Shown: positions 19,017 to 28,966 of the stretch, in pieces
How the letters are laid out: the number at the start of each line of letters is the position of its first letter
How positions within the stretch are numbered: the stretch's first letter is position 1
From: Candidatus Sumerlaeia bacterium
Lineage (GTDB): Bacteria > Sumerlaeota > Sumerlaeia > SLMS01 > JANRJK01
Length of the DNA stretch: 64,000 nt
Direction: 5' to 3'
Assembly: GCA_033764015.1 (NCBI GenBank)
Contig: JANRJK010000013.1
Coordinates: 1 to 64,000 of the forward strand
The notes under the pieces: model-generated
What the model was told of the DNA's origin: nothing
What the model saw: the letters and a program-made list of their open reading frames with translations, nothing else
The model's database searches: none
Position numbers and translations under genes: made by a program

Positions 19017-20468
19017 CTACGAGTTGCTCCAGTGCGGGCGCAGGAAGGGGTGGTCGCCGAGCCGTTGCTTCGGCCGCCCCGTCGCCGCCTCCAGGATCGT
19101 CTCGACGAAATCGAGCGATCCCCCCAGCACCGGCGTCACCAGCTTCTTCGTCTGCGCGCGCAGGTCGTCGAGCGGCATGTCGTCGATGAACTTCGCGTCC
19201 TCCTTGCGGAGGCAGTTCCCCGGCAGCAGGTACTGGTCGTAGAACGGGTTGTGGCGGATCGCCTTGCCGATGTCGCCGCCGCCGAGCAGGCCCGTCACGT
19301 GGATCGTCTCGCCGAAGAGCGTGTTGACCGTGGGCAGGATGTCGACCTCGAGGCCCTCGCACGTCTCGCACAGGTCGTGGACCTTCTTCAGCACCGGCGG
19401 CGAGAGCGTGCTGGTGATGGCGGCCACCCGCCACTTGCGGTCCAGCTTCGGCGGCAGCGCGCGGCGCGCCTTCGCAAAGTCCTTGTAGAAGTGGTACACC
19501 ATGCCGACGCCGTTCTCGAGCTGCGGCATGTCCGGGAAGCGGGAGTAGGCGGGCGGCTTCAGGCCCGCGATCAGGTACCATTCGTCCGCGAGCAGCGCGA
19601 CCGGTTCGCCGAAGCGCTCCTGGATGTCCTTCATGCGGGGCTTCAGCGACCGGATGAAGCCGCGGGCGTACTCCGGAGTCACGGGCTGCAGCTCCGGAAG
19701 TCCGTCGCGCCATTTCGTCATCCCCAGCGGCACGATCGCGATGCTCGCGACGAACGGGTGGTAGGAGAGCAGCGCGTCCAGCGTTTCCGCCAGTTTCTCC
19801 CCGTCGTTCTTCCCCGGGCAGAGCACGATCTGCGTGTGGATCTCGAGGCGGTTGTCGCGGATGAAGTCCAGCAGTTGGCGGATCGGATACGCCTTCTTGA
19901 TGCCCAGCAGCCAGCGCCGGAGCTCCTCGTCGATCGCGTGCACGCTGATGTACAGCGGCATCAGCCGCTGCTCGGCGATCCGCGCGAGGTCCGCCTCCTT
20001 CAGCGTCACGCCCGTCACGTAGCTCCCCTGCAGGAACGAGAGCCGGTAGTCCTCGTCCTTCACATAGAGGGTCTTGCGCATGTTGTCGGGGAGCTGGTGC
20101 ACGAAGCAGAACACGCAGTTGCAGCCGCAATTCTGCGTGGTGAACTGCTCGATCTCGATCTCGAGCGACTGTTCCGGCCATTCCTTGGCGATGGCGATGG
20201 CGAGCGGCTTTCCGTCGCGCTCCAACTCGAGCTCGAGCTCCTCGTCCGCGCCGTGGAAGTAGAAGTCGAGCGTGTCGCGCACGCCCTTGCCGTTGATGCG
20301 GAGCAGCTTGTCGCCCACGAGGAGCCCGGCCTGCGCGCCGATGCCCTCCGGGTTCATCGAGATGATGGTGACGCCGGGCGGGAGCTCCGCGACCGAGACG
20401 CTCGCGGGGATCGTGAGCGTGGGATCGTGTCGCTGGAGGCGCTCGCGAAGCGTTTGCGGGTTACTCAA
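19017..20468 (-). CDS. PDZ plus radical SAM-like FeS protein, DUF512 family
   Basis: PDZ-like AQAGLLVGDKLLRING, CxxxCxxC (CGCNCVFC), KDEDYRLSFLQGSYVT, PQLENGVG, FGETIHVTGLLGGGDI. The TTG start at 20468 overlaps the upstream stop and is uncertain. Confidence 0.9.
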   Translation of the reverse strand: MSNPQTLRERLQRHDPTLTIPASVSVAELPPGVTIISMNPEGIGAQAGLLVGDKLLRINGKGVRDTLDFYFHGADEELELELERDGKPLAIAIAKEWPEQSLEIEIEQFTTQNCGCNCVFCFVHQLPDNMRKTLYVKDEDYRLSFLQGSYVTGVTLKEADLARIAEQRLMPLYISVHAIDEELRRWLLGIKKAYPIRQLLDFIRDNRLEIHTQIVLCPGKNDGEKLAETLDALLSYHPFVASIAIVPLGMTKWRDGLPELQPVTPEYARGFIRSLKPRMKDIQERFGEPVALLADEWYLIAGLKPPAYSRFPDMPQLENGVGMVYHFYKDFAKARRALPPKLDRKWRVAAITSTLSPPVLKKVHDLCETCEGLEVDILPTVNTLFGETIHVTGLLGGGDIGKAIRHNPFYDQYLLPGNCLRKEDAKFIDDMPLDDLRAQTKKLVTPVLGGSLDFVETILEAATGRPKQRLGDHPFLRPHWSNS

Positions 20469-22575
20469 GGCGGAGGCTCCGCACCGCGGTGTTCCCCGCG
20501 TCGTCCGTGGCGAAGACCGTGACCACGGTGCCGGGGGCCGACTCGGCGTCCAGCAGGACCCAGTCGAAGCTCTCGGCATAGTCGTCGAAGATGCCGTCGA
20601 TCGGCAAGAGGGGACGCCACTCTCCAGCGTCCGCGCGCCACCACGCGCTCGTGAGGACGCTCGACGAGTCGATCGCCCGCGCGGAGACGCGCCGCCGCGA
20701 ACCGGAAAGCGGCTCCGCCTCGAGGCGGACCAGCTCCGGCGCCGTCTGGTCCACCGTGAAGTAGTCGCCGATGTACTGGAAGCGCCGTTCCGTGCCGCGC
20801 GCGTTCGACAACTCGTCGGAAACCGTGAGCCGGAAGCGGTGCATCCCGTCCGGCATCCCGGCGGTGTCCACCTTCGCGGTGTTCGCGGTGATCCCTTCCT
20901 CGAGGAGGATCCACCGGTCGCTGCCCGCCTCTTGCGCTTCGATCGTGAAGAGCAGGCGGTCGCCATTCGGATCGCTAGCGGTCCACTTCAGGTTGAGGAT
21001 CGAGGTCTGCGCCCCGCGCGCGGTGTCGAGCGGCCCCGAGCGCGCGGCGGAGTTGGCGGCGCCGCCGGCGGGCGGACGGCCCCCCTCGGCCTTCGGCGCG
21101 GGCTCCGCAGCGACCTCCAACGAGACGATCGTCGGCTGCTGGTTCGACTCGGTGTAGAACACCCGCATCGCATCGAGCCGCGGTTCGCCGCCGTCCCCTT
21201 CGAGCAACTGCGCGCGGTATTGGAAGAACCGAGCCGGCGCGCTCGGCGCCAGCACGGTCCGGCCCTCGACCGCCGCGGGGCGGGACCAGGCGGACCAGCC
21301 GCTGTCCGGGGCGGGAGTGTTGCCTGTGCGCGTGCTGATCGTCACGCGGCCGCCGCCCAGCGGTGCGAGCACCGGGTGCAGGCGCCCCCAAACCGCGGCT
21401 GTCTTCGTGTTGAACACCCGCGAGAGGTACTCGGCATCGACGCGGCGCGACAGGTCCAGCTCCTCCAGCCCCGCCTTGTTCGCGGTGGCCACCAGGAAGC
21501 GCTCCGCCCCGTCCGGCACCAGCCGCACGGCGATCTTGCGCTCCGACATCGAAAGCAGGCTGGCCCGCCCGTCGGCGCCGACGCGCATTAGCGCGCCTTT
21601 GTCCCCCGCGGAGACCAGCAGCGAGCCGTCGCCAAGCAGGGCCATGTCGTGGATCGGGGCGAAGGGCGAGGTCCAGAACTCCTCGCTGAACCCGTCCGGA
21701 TGCAGGCGGATGATGAAGGAGGCGTCGCGGGCCTTCGCATCGCGGGGCCGCTTGGGGTCGTCGTTCTTGCCGAGGTAGCTTTCGCCCGGGGCGCGCTGTC
21801 CGTTCACCGCCGCGTAGACGGAGCCGTCCGGCGAGCTGGCGACGCGGCGCACTTCCTCCTCCTCGACATCGAGCAGGACCGACACCTCGTTGTCCTTGGC
21901 GACCACGACGACGCGCCCGCGGCCCTGCGTGCCGAGCAGCAGGTCGCCGTTCGCCTCGCGCCGCAGGTCCATGATGTTCGCCACGCCGTCCAACTTGGCG
22001 ATCGTCGTCGTGGTGCCGTCGTCGCGGACCGAAAGCAGCATCCCCTCCGGCCCCGTGGCCGCGACGATGCCGCGTTCCGGGTCGTCGATCATGCGCCAAA
22101 GGAACCGCTGGCCGGTTTCGGCGAACGGTTCGAGTTCGGCGCCGTCCAGCCGGTAGATCGTGCCCGAGGGGCTGGCCGCGACGAGCACCGTGCCGTCCGC
22201 GCGCTCCAGCAGCGCGTAGGATGCGGGCTCCTCCAGCGTCGCGAGTTCCCGCGCTTCGCCGTCGCGCAGCTCGAACAGCTTCCCTTCGTGCCCGGTCGCC
22301 ATCAGGATTCCGCGCCGCGTGCGCAGCGCGTCCCAGACGATCTCCGCGTCGACCTCTACCAGCTTCGCGCGGTGCGGCGGACGTTCGAGGACGCCTTCGT
22401 GCGAAAGCGTGGCGGTGGTCAGCTCGCCCCGGAGGAAGTCGCCGGGGCGGTCGTCCACGGAGACTTGGGTGGTGGCGGCCCAGGCGGAGGGCGCCGCGGC
22501 GGCGAAAGCCACCGCGAGGAATCGGAGGGATCGGGTCAACGCGTGGGCTCCTGCGCTGTTGGTGTTGGGCTTCAC
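20461..22575 (-). CDS. Secreted beta-propeller protein with C-terminal FN3/Ig-like domains
   Basis: Signal peptide; repeated blades (xxATGxEGxL, DGTVLVAA, DGSVYAA, DGSLLVS); TRTGNTPAPDSGWSAWS...ARFFQYRA; LKWTASDPNGDRL; LPIDGIFDD. Confidence 0.8.
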   Translation of the reverse strand: MKPNTNSAGAHALTRSLRFLAVAFAAAAPSAWAATTQVSVDDRPGDFLRGELTTATLSHEGVLERPPHRAKLVEVDAEIVWDALRTRRGILMATGHEGKLFELRDGEARELATLEEPASYALLERADGTVLVAASPSGTIYRLDGAELEPFAETGQRFLWRMIDDPERGIVAATGPEGMLLSVRDDGTTTTIAKLDGVANIMDLRREANGDLLLGTQGRGRVVVVAKDNEVSVLLDVEEEEVRRVASSPDGSVYAAVNGQRAPGESYLGKNDDPKRPRDAKARDASFIIRLHPDGFSEEFWTSPFAPIHDMALLGDGSLLVSAGDKGALMRVGADGRASLLSMSERKIAVRLVPDGAERFLVATANKAGLEELDLSRRVDAEYLSRVFNTKTAAVWGRLHPVLAPLGGGRVTISTRTGNTPAPDSGWSAWSRPAAVEGRTVLAPSAPARFFQYRAQLLEGDGGEPRLDAMRVFYTESNQQPTIVSLEVAAEPAPKAEGGRPPAGGAANSAARSGPLDTARGAQTSILNLKWTASDPNGDRLLFTIEAQEAGSDRWILLEEGITANTAKVDTAGMPDGMHRFRLTVSDELSNARGTERRFQYIGDYFTVDQTAPELVRLEAEPLSGSRRRVSARAIDSSSVLTSAWWRADAGEWRPLLPIDGIFDDYAESFDWVLLDAESAPGTVVTVFATDDAGNTAVRSLRLE

Positions 22576-24482
22576 GATTCGCCGCCACCTTCGCCGGAGG
22601 CGTCGGTCGCGGGGCGGACGATCACGCCGAACCGCCGCGAGCCCCCCACTTGCGCGGGGCGCTCGATCAGCGTTTCGGAAAGGATGCGGCCGCCGGTGGA
22701 CGAGAAGAGGTTCGACTGGCGGATCGTGCCGCGCGTCAGCGATTCGAGGCTCCGCGGCATTCCCGACATGTCCTGATTCGAGACCGCGAGACCCTCCGCG
22801 GTGTCGAGCAGCACCGCGTAAAGCGTGTTCTCGGGGAACTCGACGGAAAGGCGGTCGAGGATCTGCGCTGGCGTGTCGAGGCGGCGCAGCTCGGGGCGGA
22901 CCGCATACTCGAGCGCCTCGCGTTCCCGTGCATCAAGCAGCGCGACGGTATAGCTCCCCGGCCGCGCGTCCTTGGGGACCGTGAGTTCGAAGCGGACCGT
23001 CTCGTCCTCCGCGCGCCAGGCGCCGAGGCGCACCGTGCCGTGCAGTGTCTGCCCCGGGCGCGCTTCGAACGCGTCGAGGCGCGCCTCCTCCACCACGCGG
23101 AGCTGGAGCGCCGAGCCGACGCGCGCGACGATGTCCACCGCCGCGACCGGCATGTCGGCCACCGCGTTGGCGGTGATCAGCCCGAGGTCCCGAGAGAGCG
23201 TGGACGACGCGAAGAAACCAGTGAAGCTGAAGGCGCTCTGGTAGGTGCGCCGCCGCACAACGGTTCCATCCGCGAGCGTGATCGTCATCTCCGCGTCGAT
23301 CGACATCGGACCGGACTCGCGCACGGTGTTCGACAGCGACTCGGCGAAGACCACGTCGGTCATCGGATGGAAGACGGTCCGGTCGGGCCAAATGCGATAC
23401 GAGAAGTTGCGTGCCTCCCCGACCTCCGGCGCCTCGATGCGTACCGTGACGGGGCGCATCTCCGGCCGCCGCGTGCGCGTGATTCCGATCGCCGGCATCC
23501 GGTCCTGACGCAGTGCGCCGAGCGGTTCCAGCAGCCGGCCAAGCTTGAACGGCGAACCCAGCGACGGAATCACCGCGTCGATGTGCGCGCTCGATACCGG
23601 CATGTCGGACTTGCCGATGAAGCTCATCGGATGGCCGAACGCGACGAGGCGGTCCTCCTCGACCCAAGTGGCGGTGCCGATGGCGCCGAGCGTCATGTCG
23701 CCCTCGACCATCGCCGCGCCCATGGCGCCGCCGGGCACCATCCTCGTCGTATCGAGGCTGCCCGTCAGGTGGCTCGATCCCATCCCGCCCGCCGCCGTGG
23801 CGCGCACTCCGAGCTGGCCGAAGCGCTCGTTGAAAATCTCGAGCACCTCCGGCGAGTCGGTCCCGAGGAGCAGCATCGGAGACAGCGGCTGCAGCGTCAC
23901 CGTGACGCGCCCCGTGGCTTCCTCGACGCCGAGGCTGCGGAGGAACTCGCCGGGGAGCGAAACCGAAGGGCCGGGCGCGAACGGCGATCGGGCGGCGGGG
24001 GAGAGCACCTCCGCGGCGGCGGGCCACTGCGACAGGTCCATCGGCAGCGCGCGGTCGACAGCGGGCTCGTCCGTGACGAGGTCCATGACATCGAGCATGT
24101 ACTCGATCGGCTGGATGCCGGCGAGTGGACGGATCGAGAAGCCCCAGCCGTAAGCGACTGCGCCGATGAGCTTGCCGTCGATGTAGACCGGGCTGCCGCT
24201 CATGCCGGCGACGACGCCGTGCTCGCGGATCAGCGGGTGGTCGAGGTCCGCGAGGATCATGTCGCGCCCCGGGCGATAGTTCTTCGCAACTCCGACGATC
24301 GTCACATCGAAGCGCTCCGGCTCGGTGCCGTTGAACACGGTGAGGCCGTAGCCCTTAATGCCGGGCGCGAGCTCGGCGGGGCTCAGGAGCGGCGGGCGCT
24401 CGCGGCGGGCTGGCTCGGCGGCGGCGGGACCCGCGGCGAACGCCGCGGCGGCCAGCAGCCCGAGGGGAATTCGTGTTCTCAA
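22572..24482 (-). CDS. SpoIVB-like serine peptidase, family S55
   Basis: GIKGYGLTVFNGTEPERFDV and GVVAGMSGSPVYIDGKLIGAVAYG (catalytic Ser motif), second unit AIGTAT...AFGHP; signal peptide. TTG start inferred. Confidence 0.9.
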   Translation of the reverse strand: MRTRIPLGLLAAAAFAAGPAAAEPARRERPPLLSPAELAPGIKGYGLTVFNGTEPERFDVTIVGVAKNYRPGRDMILADLDHPLIREHGVVAGMSGSPVYIDGKLIGAVAYGWGFSIRPLAGIQPIEYMLDVMDLVTDEPAVDRALPMDLSQWPAAAEVLSPAARSPFAPGPSVSLPGEFLRSLGVEEATGRVTVTLQPLSPMLLLGTDSPEVLEIFNERFGQLGVRATAAGGMGSSHLTGSLDTTRMVPGGAMGAAMVEGDMTLGAIGTATWVEEDRLVAFGHPMSFIGKSDMPVSSAHIDAVIPSLGSPFKLGRLLEPLGALRQDRMPAIGITRTRRPEMRPVTVRIEAPEVGEARNFSYRIWPDRTVFHPMTDVVFAESLSNTVRESGPMSIDAEMTITLADGTVVRRRTYQSAFSFTGFFASSTLSRDLGLITANAVADMPVAAVDIVARVGSALQLRVVEEARLDAFEARPGQTLHGTVRLGAWRAEDETVRFELTVPKDARPGSYTVALLDAREREALEYAVRPELRRLDTPAQILDRLSVEFPENTLYAVLLDTAEGLAVSNQDMSGMPRSLESLTRGTIRQSNLFSSTGGRILSETLIERPAQVGGSRRFGVIVRPATDASGEGGGES

Positions 24483-24629
24483 GTCGGAACCTCCAAACGT
24501 CCCGGGGCGGGTGATTGTCTCCTTGCCGCGCAAGGGTCCGGCGCCCTTCATGGAGCGGGCATTCTGGGGGCCCCAAGGCGAGGCAAGGCAATGAACTTCG
24601 GCCCCCGCGAAGGAGCAGCGACGCCCCCC

Positions 24630-26081
24630 ATGGCGACACCCCGCAAGGTCCGCACCCGCGTGTTCGCGGCCGCCTGCGCCGCAGCGCTCGCAGCCCACGC
24701 GCACGCCCAGACCGAAGCGGCGGTCGATTGGAGCGACCCCGCCTGGAAGCACGCCTGGGCCGAGGACGTCCCCGCCCAGATCAGCTCCGCGCGGACCCTT
24801 GCCGCCTTCCGCAAGAACCTCGTCGCGCTTGAGGACAGCGGCGCGGAGCCGCGCTGGGCCGTTCTCGAACTCACCGCGACCGGCACCTCCGGGACGCTCG
24901 AGCTGCTCCCCGCGCCCGGGCTCCGCGCCGGCGAGCGTGCCGTGCGCCTCGCCGTCGTGCCCCCCCAGAACGCGTACTACCTGCTCGCATCCCGCGAAAG
25001 CGGCGGCGCGTCGCTCTACCGCGCCCCCGCGCTCGCCGACGGCCGCCCGGGCGAAGCGACCGCGCTTCCGCTTCCCGAAGGCTCGGAGCGCTTGGTGGAT
25101 CTCGCCGCGGGACCGGAACTGCTCGTCCTCCTGGCCCGCGAACCGCAAGGTAGACCGCCCGCCACCAGCCTCTTCGCATCCGCCTGGACCGGTTCGGAGG
25201 CGGCCGAGTGGATCGCCACCATGCCCGCCCCGGTCGCGCTGGATGGTGCCGCGCTCTTGCTGCAACACAACCGCGCGACGCTTGTCGGCGGCCTCGAGCA
25301 GGGCGGCCGGCCCGCGCGCCTGCCCCTCGGCACCGAGATCCGCTATCCCAACGCGGGGTCCTGGGAGCGCGAGCCGCTGCCGCTGCCGACCGCCCCCGGA
25401 AGAGCGCAGGGGCTGGTGCTCGGCTCCTACGCGGTGCTCGCCGACGAGTCGCCCGAGGGCGCGTTGCGGATCCTCGTCGCCGGCGATCTGGGCGACGGCG
25501 CCTTCCGCAGCTTCCGCGCCGCCGACACCGACTACCCCGCGCCGGAGGGCGCCGTCCTCGTCAACGACAGCGTCCACGCGCAGTTGCTCGTCGTGGGCGG
25601 CGAGCTGGCGGACGGCGCGCCGCACGCGCGCATCGCCGCGTTCCCTTACCCGGCCGGCGCGACGCTGCGCCGCCCCACGGCGGAGGACCTCCGCCGCGAG
25701 GAGTTGGACCGCGCGATGGAGATGCTCGACCCGAAGCCGCGCGCCGATGCCGAACGCATCGCCGCGGAACGCGGCCAATACCTGCTCACGATGATCCCCG
25801 GGGAAGGGCCCGGGGGCGAGGAACTGCTGCTCCGCCTCGCCCGCGGGGGCTCCATCCGCCCCTACTGGTCCGCGCTCACGCCCTTCCTCGCGACGGGTGC
25901 GGAGGCGCAGGAGGATAGCGCCCGCTTCGGGGTGCAGGCCACGCCCGCCTTCATCCTGCACACGCAGGGCGGCACCGTCCTGCGGCGCATCGAGGGCCGG
26001 GTCCCTTCCGCGCAGGAGTGGTTCGACCTGACCGCCCCGTCGCGCGACCCCGCCGGCACCCACCCCGACCCGGCATCCTGA
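24630..26081 (+). CDS. Secreted hypothetical protein, Kelch/propeller-like N-terminal part and thioredoxin-like C-terminus lacking CxxC
   Basis: Signal peptide (AHAHA-Q); LVGG and VVGG Kelch-like motifs; C-terminal ARFGVQATPAFILHTQGGTVLRRIEG typical of the thioredoxin fold. Confidence 0.6.
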   Translation: MATPRKVRTRVFAAACAAALAAHAHAQTEAAVDWSDPAWKHAWAEDVPAQISSARTLAAFRKNLVALEDSGAEPRWAVLELTATGTSGTLELLPAPGLRAGERAVRLAVVPPQNAYYLLASRESGGASLYRAPALADGRPGEATALPLPEGSERLVDLAAGPELLVLLAREPQGRPPATSLFASAWTGSEAAEWIATMPAPVALDGAALLLQHNRATLVGGLEQGGRPARLPLGTEIRYPNAGSWEREPLPLPTAPGRAQGLVLGSYAVLADESPEGALRILVAGDLGDGAFRSFRAADTDYPAPEGAVLVNDSVHAQLLVVGGELADGAPHARIAAFPYPAGATLRRPTAEDLRREELDRAMEMLDPKPRADAERIAAERGQYLLTMIPGEGPGGEELLLRLARGGSIRPYWSALTPFLATGAEAQEDSARFGVQATPAFILHTQGGTVLRRIEGRVPSAQEWFDLTAPSRDPAGTHPDPAS

Positions 26082-26085
26082 CGCA

Positions 26086-26928
26086 GTGGCGCAGAAGCTT
26101 TCCGAGCCGCTCGACCTCGCGGCGCGCGCCGTCGCCGCCGCGCGCCCGCACTGGGAGGTGCTCGCCCACGCGGAGATCGACTCGACCAGCGCCGAGGCCC
26201 GCCGCCTGATCGACGCGGCGCCCGGGCGGCCCCCCTTCCTGGTCCTCGCGGACCTCCAGACTTCGGGGCGGGGACGCACCGGCACGCGCTGGGAGTCCGG
26301 CGCCGGGCTTTCGTTCCTGGGCACCGCGTGCGCGCGCGCCGTAGACGCCGGTCCGCGCTCGCTCTGGCCCCTACGCATCGCCGTGGCCTGCGCCGAAGCG
26401 CTGGAACTCGGCGCCCTGCTGCCGGTCGGGCTCAAGTGGCCGAACGACCTGCTGGTCGGAGGGCGCAAGCTGGGCGGCATCCTGATGGAAGACCTCGGCG
26501 GCGGCTGGATCGCCGCCGGCGTCGGCGTCAACCTCCTCCAGTCCAGCGAACAGCTCCCCACCGTCCCCGCCGGCTTCCCGCAGCCGACCTCGCTCGCGGT
26601 CGAGCTGGGCGAGATGCTGCCCCCGCGCGAGGCGGTGGTGGTCGCGCTTTGCGAGCGGCTGATCGACGCCTTCGAACATGCGCTTCCCGCCCCGCTCGCG
26701 CTCGGCGCGTTCAAGAAGCGGTGGTGCTCGCCAGGCGCCCGCGTCCGCGAACGCCCCGGCGAGCGCCAGCTCTCCGGCACCGCCATCGACATCGACGAGG
26801 AAGGCTTCCTCCTGGTGCGTGGCGACGACGGCGCCATCCACCGCGTGAGCACACCGGTCGAGCTGGCGGATGCGCCGCGGCGCGACGCCACGACGCCGGT
26901 GCTCACCGTGCGGCGGAGCGGCGCATGA
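26086..26928 (+). CDS. birA: Biotin-protein ligase without N-terminal HTH
   Basis: [45 protein letters not shown]. Confidence 0.93.
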   Translation: MAQKLSEPLDLAARAVAAARPHWEVLAHAEIDSTSAEARRLIDAAPGRPPFLVLADLQTSGRGRTGTRWESGAGLSFLGTACARAVDAGPRSLWPLRIAVACAEALELGALLPVGLKWPNDLLVGGRKLGGILMEDLGGGWIAAGVGVNLLQSSEQLPTVPAGFPQPTSLAVELGEMLPPREAVVVALCERLIDAFEHALPAPLALGAFKKRWCSPGARVRERPGERQLSGTAIDIDEEGFLLVRGDDGAIHRVSTPVELADAPRRDATTPVLTVRRSGA

Positions 26929-28148
26929 GGCGTCTCGCGTTCGCTGCAGCCTGCCTCATGCTCGGGGCCACCGCTCCGGCTGCCCCCGACTTCCTCCTCG
27001 AAGGGGACGCGCCCCCCACCGCGCGCTACCTCACGGGAGGCGTCGAGCCCTTCGCGCCCGCCACCCAGGCCCGCCTCGACGCCCGTCGCGGCATCGTCTC
27101 CCTCGGCATCAACACCGCCTGGCTGGTGGACTCGGGCATCGCCCGCGAGCCTTTCGCCAATGGGATCCTGGCTGTCGCCGACGCGGTCGAGCGCGGCGAA
27201 ACCCCCGGCGCCGTTATCTTGCTCCGTCGCCCGCTCGGCGAGATGCTCCCCATCGCCGCCGGCTGGATGATGACCGACCCGCAGCGCGCCCACGCCCAGT
27301 ACTCGACGCGCTACGAGCTGGGCGAACTCACCGGCCTCGCGACCGCGCTGCCGATCGCGCTTGGAGCCCTCATGGAAGGCCGTCTCGACGCGGAGTCCAC
27401 ACTCGATTCGCACCTCCCATGGCTTGCGGGGACGGCCCTCGGCGGGCGCACCGTCGGCGACGCGCTCCGCCACCGCACGGGCCTGCCAGGGGAGATCGGC
27501 CTCGACGGCGAGCCGACGCCGGAGCGCGCCCGGGCCGCGCTCGCCGCGGCGCCGCTCGGCGAGCCGGGCTTCTCGCGCCACAACGACCTCTTGCTGGGCC
27601 TCGTCCTTTCGCAGGTGTACCAGGAGCCCGCGCAAGTCCTCGCGCGGGAACGGCTCTTCGCGCCGCTCGGCATGGCCGAAACCAGCTTCGGCGCGCAGGG
27701 CGACCGCTACCGCATCGCACCCGGCTCCTACTCGAACTTCCGCGGGCGGCTCGCCTGGGGAGAGACGGAGGACCCGCTCGCCGCGGCCTTCGGCGGGGAC
27801 GCGCTTTCCGGCGGACTGGTTTCGACCGCGGAAGACCTCGGACGCCTTGCCGTGGCGCTGGTCGCGATGATGCGCCAGGGCGGCGGCGACGCGGAACAGT
27901 GGGAAGGGGCGCTGGCGCGCGGCGGCTTCGGCGAGGGGTCGATCGGCCGCGACGGCGCCGAGGGCTGCTCGCTCTGGCTCTTGCCGGACGAGTGGGTCGT
28001 GCTCGTGTACCTGTCGAACCAGGCGCACCCGACCCCGGCGGCACCCGTGGACCCGCGTCCCGCGGCGTTCAAGGAACTGCGCGCGGCCGTGGAGCCGTGG
28101 GACGCCGCGGTCCTCGAAGCGCCCCCCGCGGGGGCGGCGGCGCCATGA
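26925..28148 (+). CDS. Secreted beta-lactamase/serine-hydrolase-fold protein with degenerate catalytic motifs
   Basis: Fold landmarks [40 protein letters not shown]; the SxxK position reads ELTG. Confidence 0.75.
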   Translation: MRRLAFAAACLMLGATAPAAPDFLLEGDAPPTARYLTGGVEPFAPATQARLDARRGIVSLGINTAWLVDSGIAREPFANGILAVADAVERGETPGAVILLRRPLGEMLPIAAGWMMTDPQRAHAQYSTRYELGELTGLATALPIALGALMEGRLDAESTLDSHLPWLAGTALGGRTVGDALRHRTGLPGEIGLDGEPTPERARAALAAAPLGEPGFSRHNDLLLGLVLSQVYQEPAQVLARERLFAPLGMAETSFGAQGDRYRIAPGSYSNFRGRLAWGETEDPLAAAFGGDALSGGLVSTAEDLGRLAVALVAMMRQGGGDAEQWEGALARGGFGEGSIGRDGAEGCSLWLLPDEWVVLVYLSNQAHPTPAAPVDPRPAAFKELRAAVEPWDAAVLEAPPAGAAAP

Positions 28149-28966
28149 TCGAGATCCGCGGCCTGCGCAAGGCCTTCGGCCCCAAGGTGGTCCTCGACAA
28201 CGTGTCGCTCGATATCGCGCGCGGAGAGACCCACGTCGTCATCGGGCGCAGCGGCGAGGGGAAGAGCGTGCTCCTCAAGCACCTGTGCGGCCTCCTCGCG
28301 CCGGACGGCGGCGCGGTCTCCATCGCGGGCCGCGCGCTCGACCTGCGCGACCCCGCCTCCCTGCGCTACATCCGCGGCAAGGTCTCCATGGTCTTCCAGT
28401 CCGCGGCCCTGTTCGACTCGCTCAATGTGCGGCGCAACGTCGGGTTCTACCTCGACGAGGCGGGGGAGCTCGACAAGGCCGAGGTGGACCGCCGCGTCGC
28501 GGAGCTGCTCGACGAGGTGAACCTCCCGGGAACCGAGAAGCTGATGCCCGCGGAGCTCTCCGGCGGGATGCGCAAGCGCGTGGGGCTTGCCCGCGCACTG
28601 GCCATGGAGCCGGAAATCGTCCTTTACGACGAGCCCACCACGGGCCTCGACCCCGTCACCAGCGACGTCATCAACGACCTGATCGTGCTCACCGCGGAAC
28701 GCCACCAAGTCACCTCCATCGTCGTCACCCACGATATGAAGTCGGCCTACAAGGTGGGCGACCGCATCAGCATGCTCTACGAGGGACGGCTGATCGCTAC
28801 CGGCGCGCCGGAGGCGATCCGCGATTCCCGCGATCCCTACGTGCACCAGTTCGTCAACGGCCTTTCGGAAGGACCGATCACCAACCAGGACAGCAGGCGG
28901 TTGAGCACGCAGGTCGCCATCCGGCTGCAGGAAATCCAAAGCGACCTCGGAGAGGGGGCGGAATGA
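28145..28966 (+). CDS. mlaF: MlaF/Mkl-type ABC transporter ATPase
   Basis: GRSGEGKS Walker [42 protein letters not shown]. Confidence 0.9.
   Translation: MIEIRGLRKAFGPKVVLDNVSLDIARGETHVVIGRSGEGKSVLLKHLCGLLAPDGGAVSIAGRALDLRDPASLRYIRGKVSMVFQSAALFDSLNVRRNVGFYLDEAGELDKAEVDRRVAELLDEVNLPGTEKLMPAELSGGMRKRVGLARALAMEPEIVLYDEPTTGLDPVTSDVINDLIVLTAERHQVTSIVVTHDMKSAYKVGDRISMLYEGRLIATGAPEAIRDSRDPYVHQFVNGLSEGPITNQDSRRLSTQVAIRLQEIQSDLGEGAE

Noticed and set aside
22572..24482. SpoIVB plus SpoIIAA/AB-like genes as evidence for sporulation
   Set aside because: These families are widespread in non-sporulating diderms; no other spo genes are present and the MCE and ligase genes point to a diderm envelope.
22221..28028. 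Apparent giant ORFs of 1286 aa and 1818 aa
   Set aside because: Their 5' parts are antisense to real genes; the true CDSs start near 24630 (plus) and 24482 (minus), where signal peptides begin.
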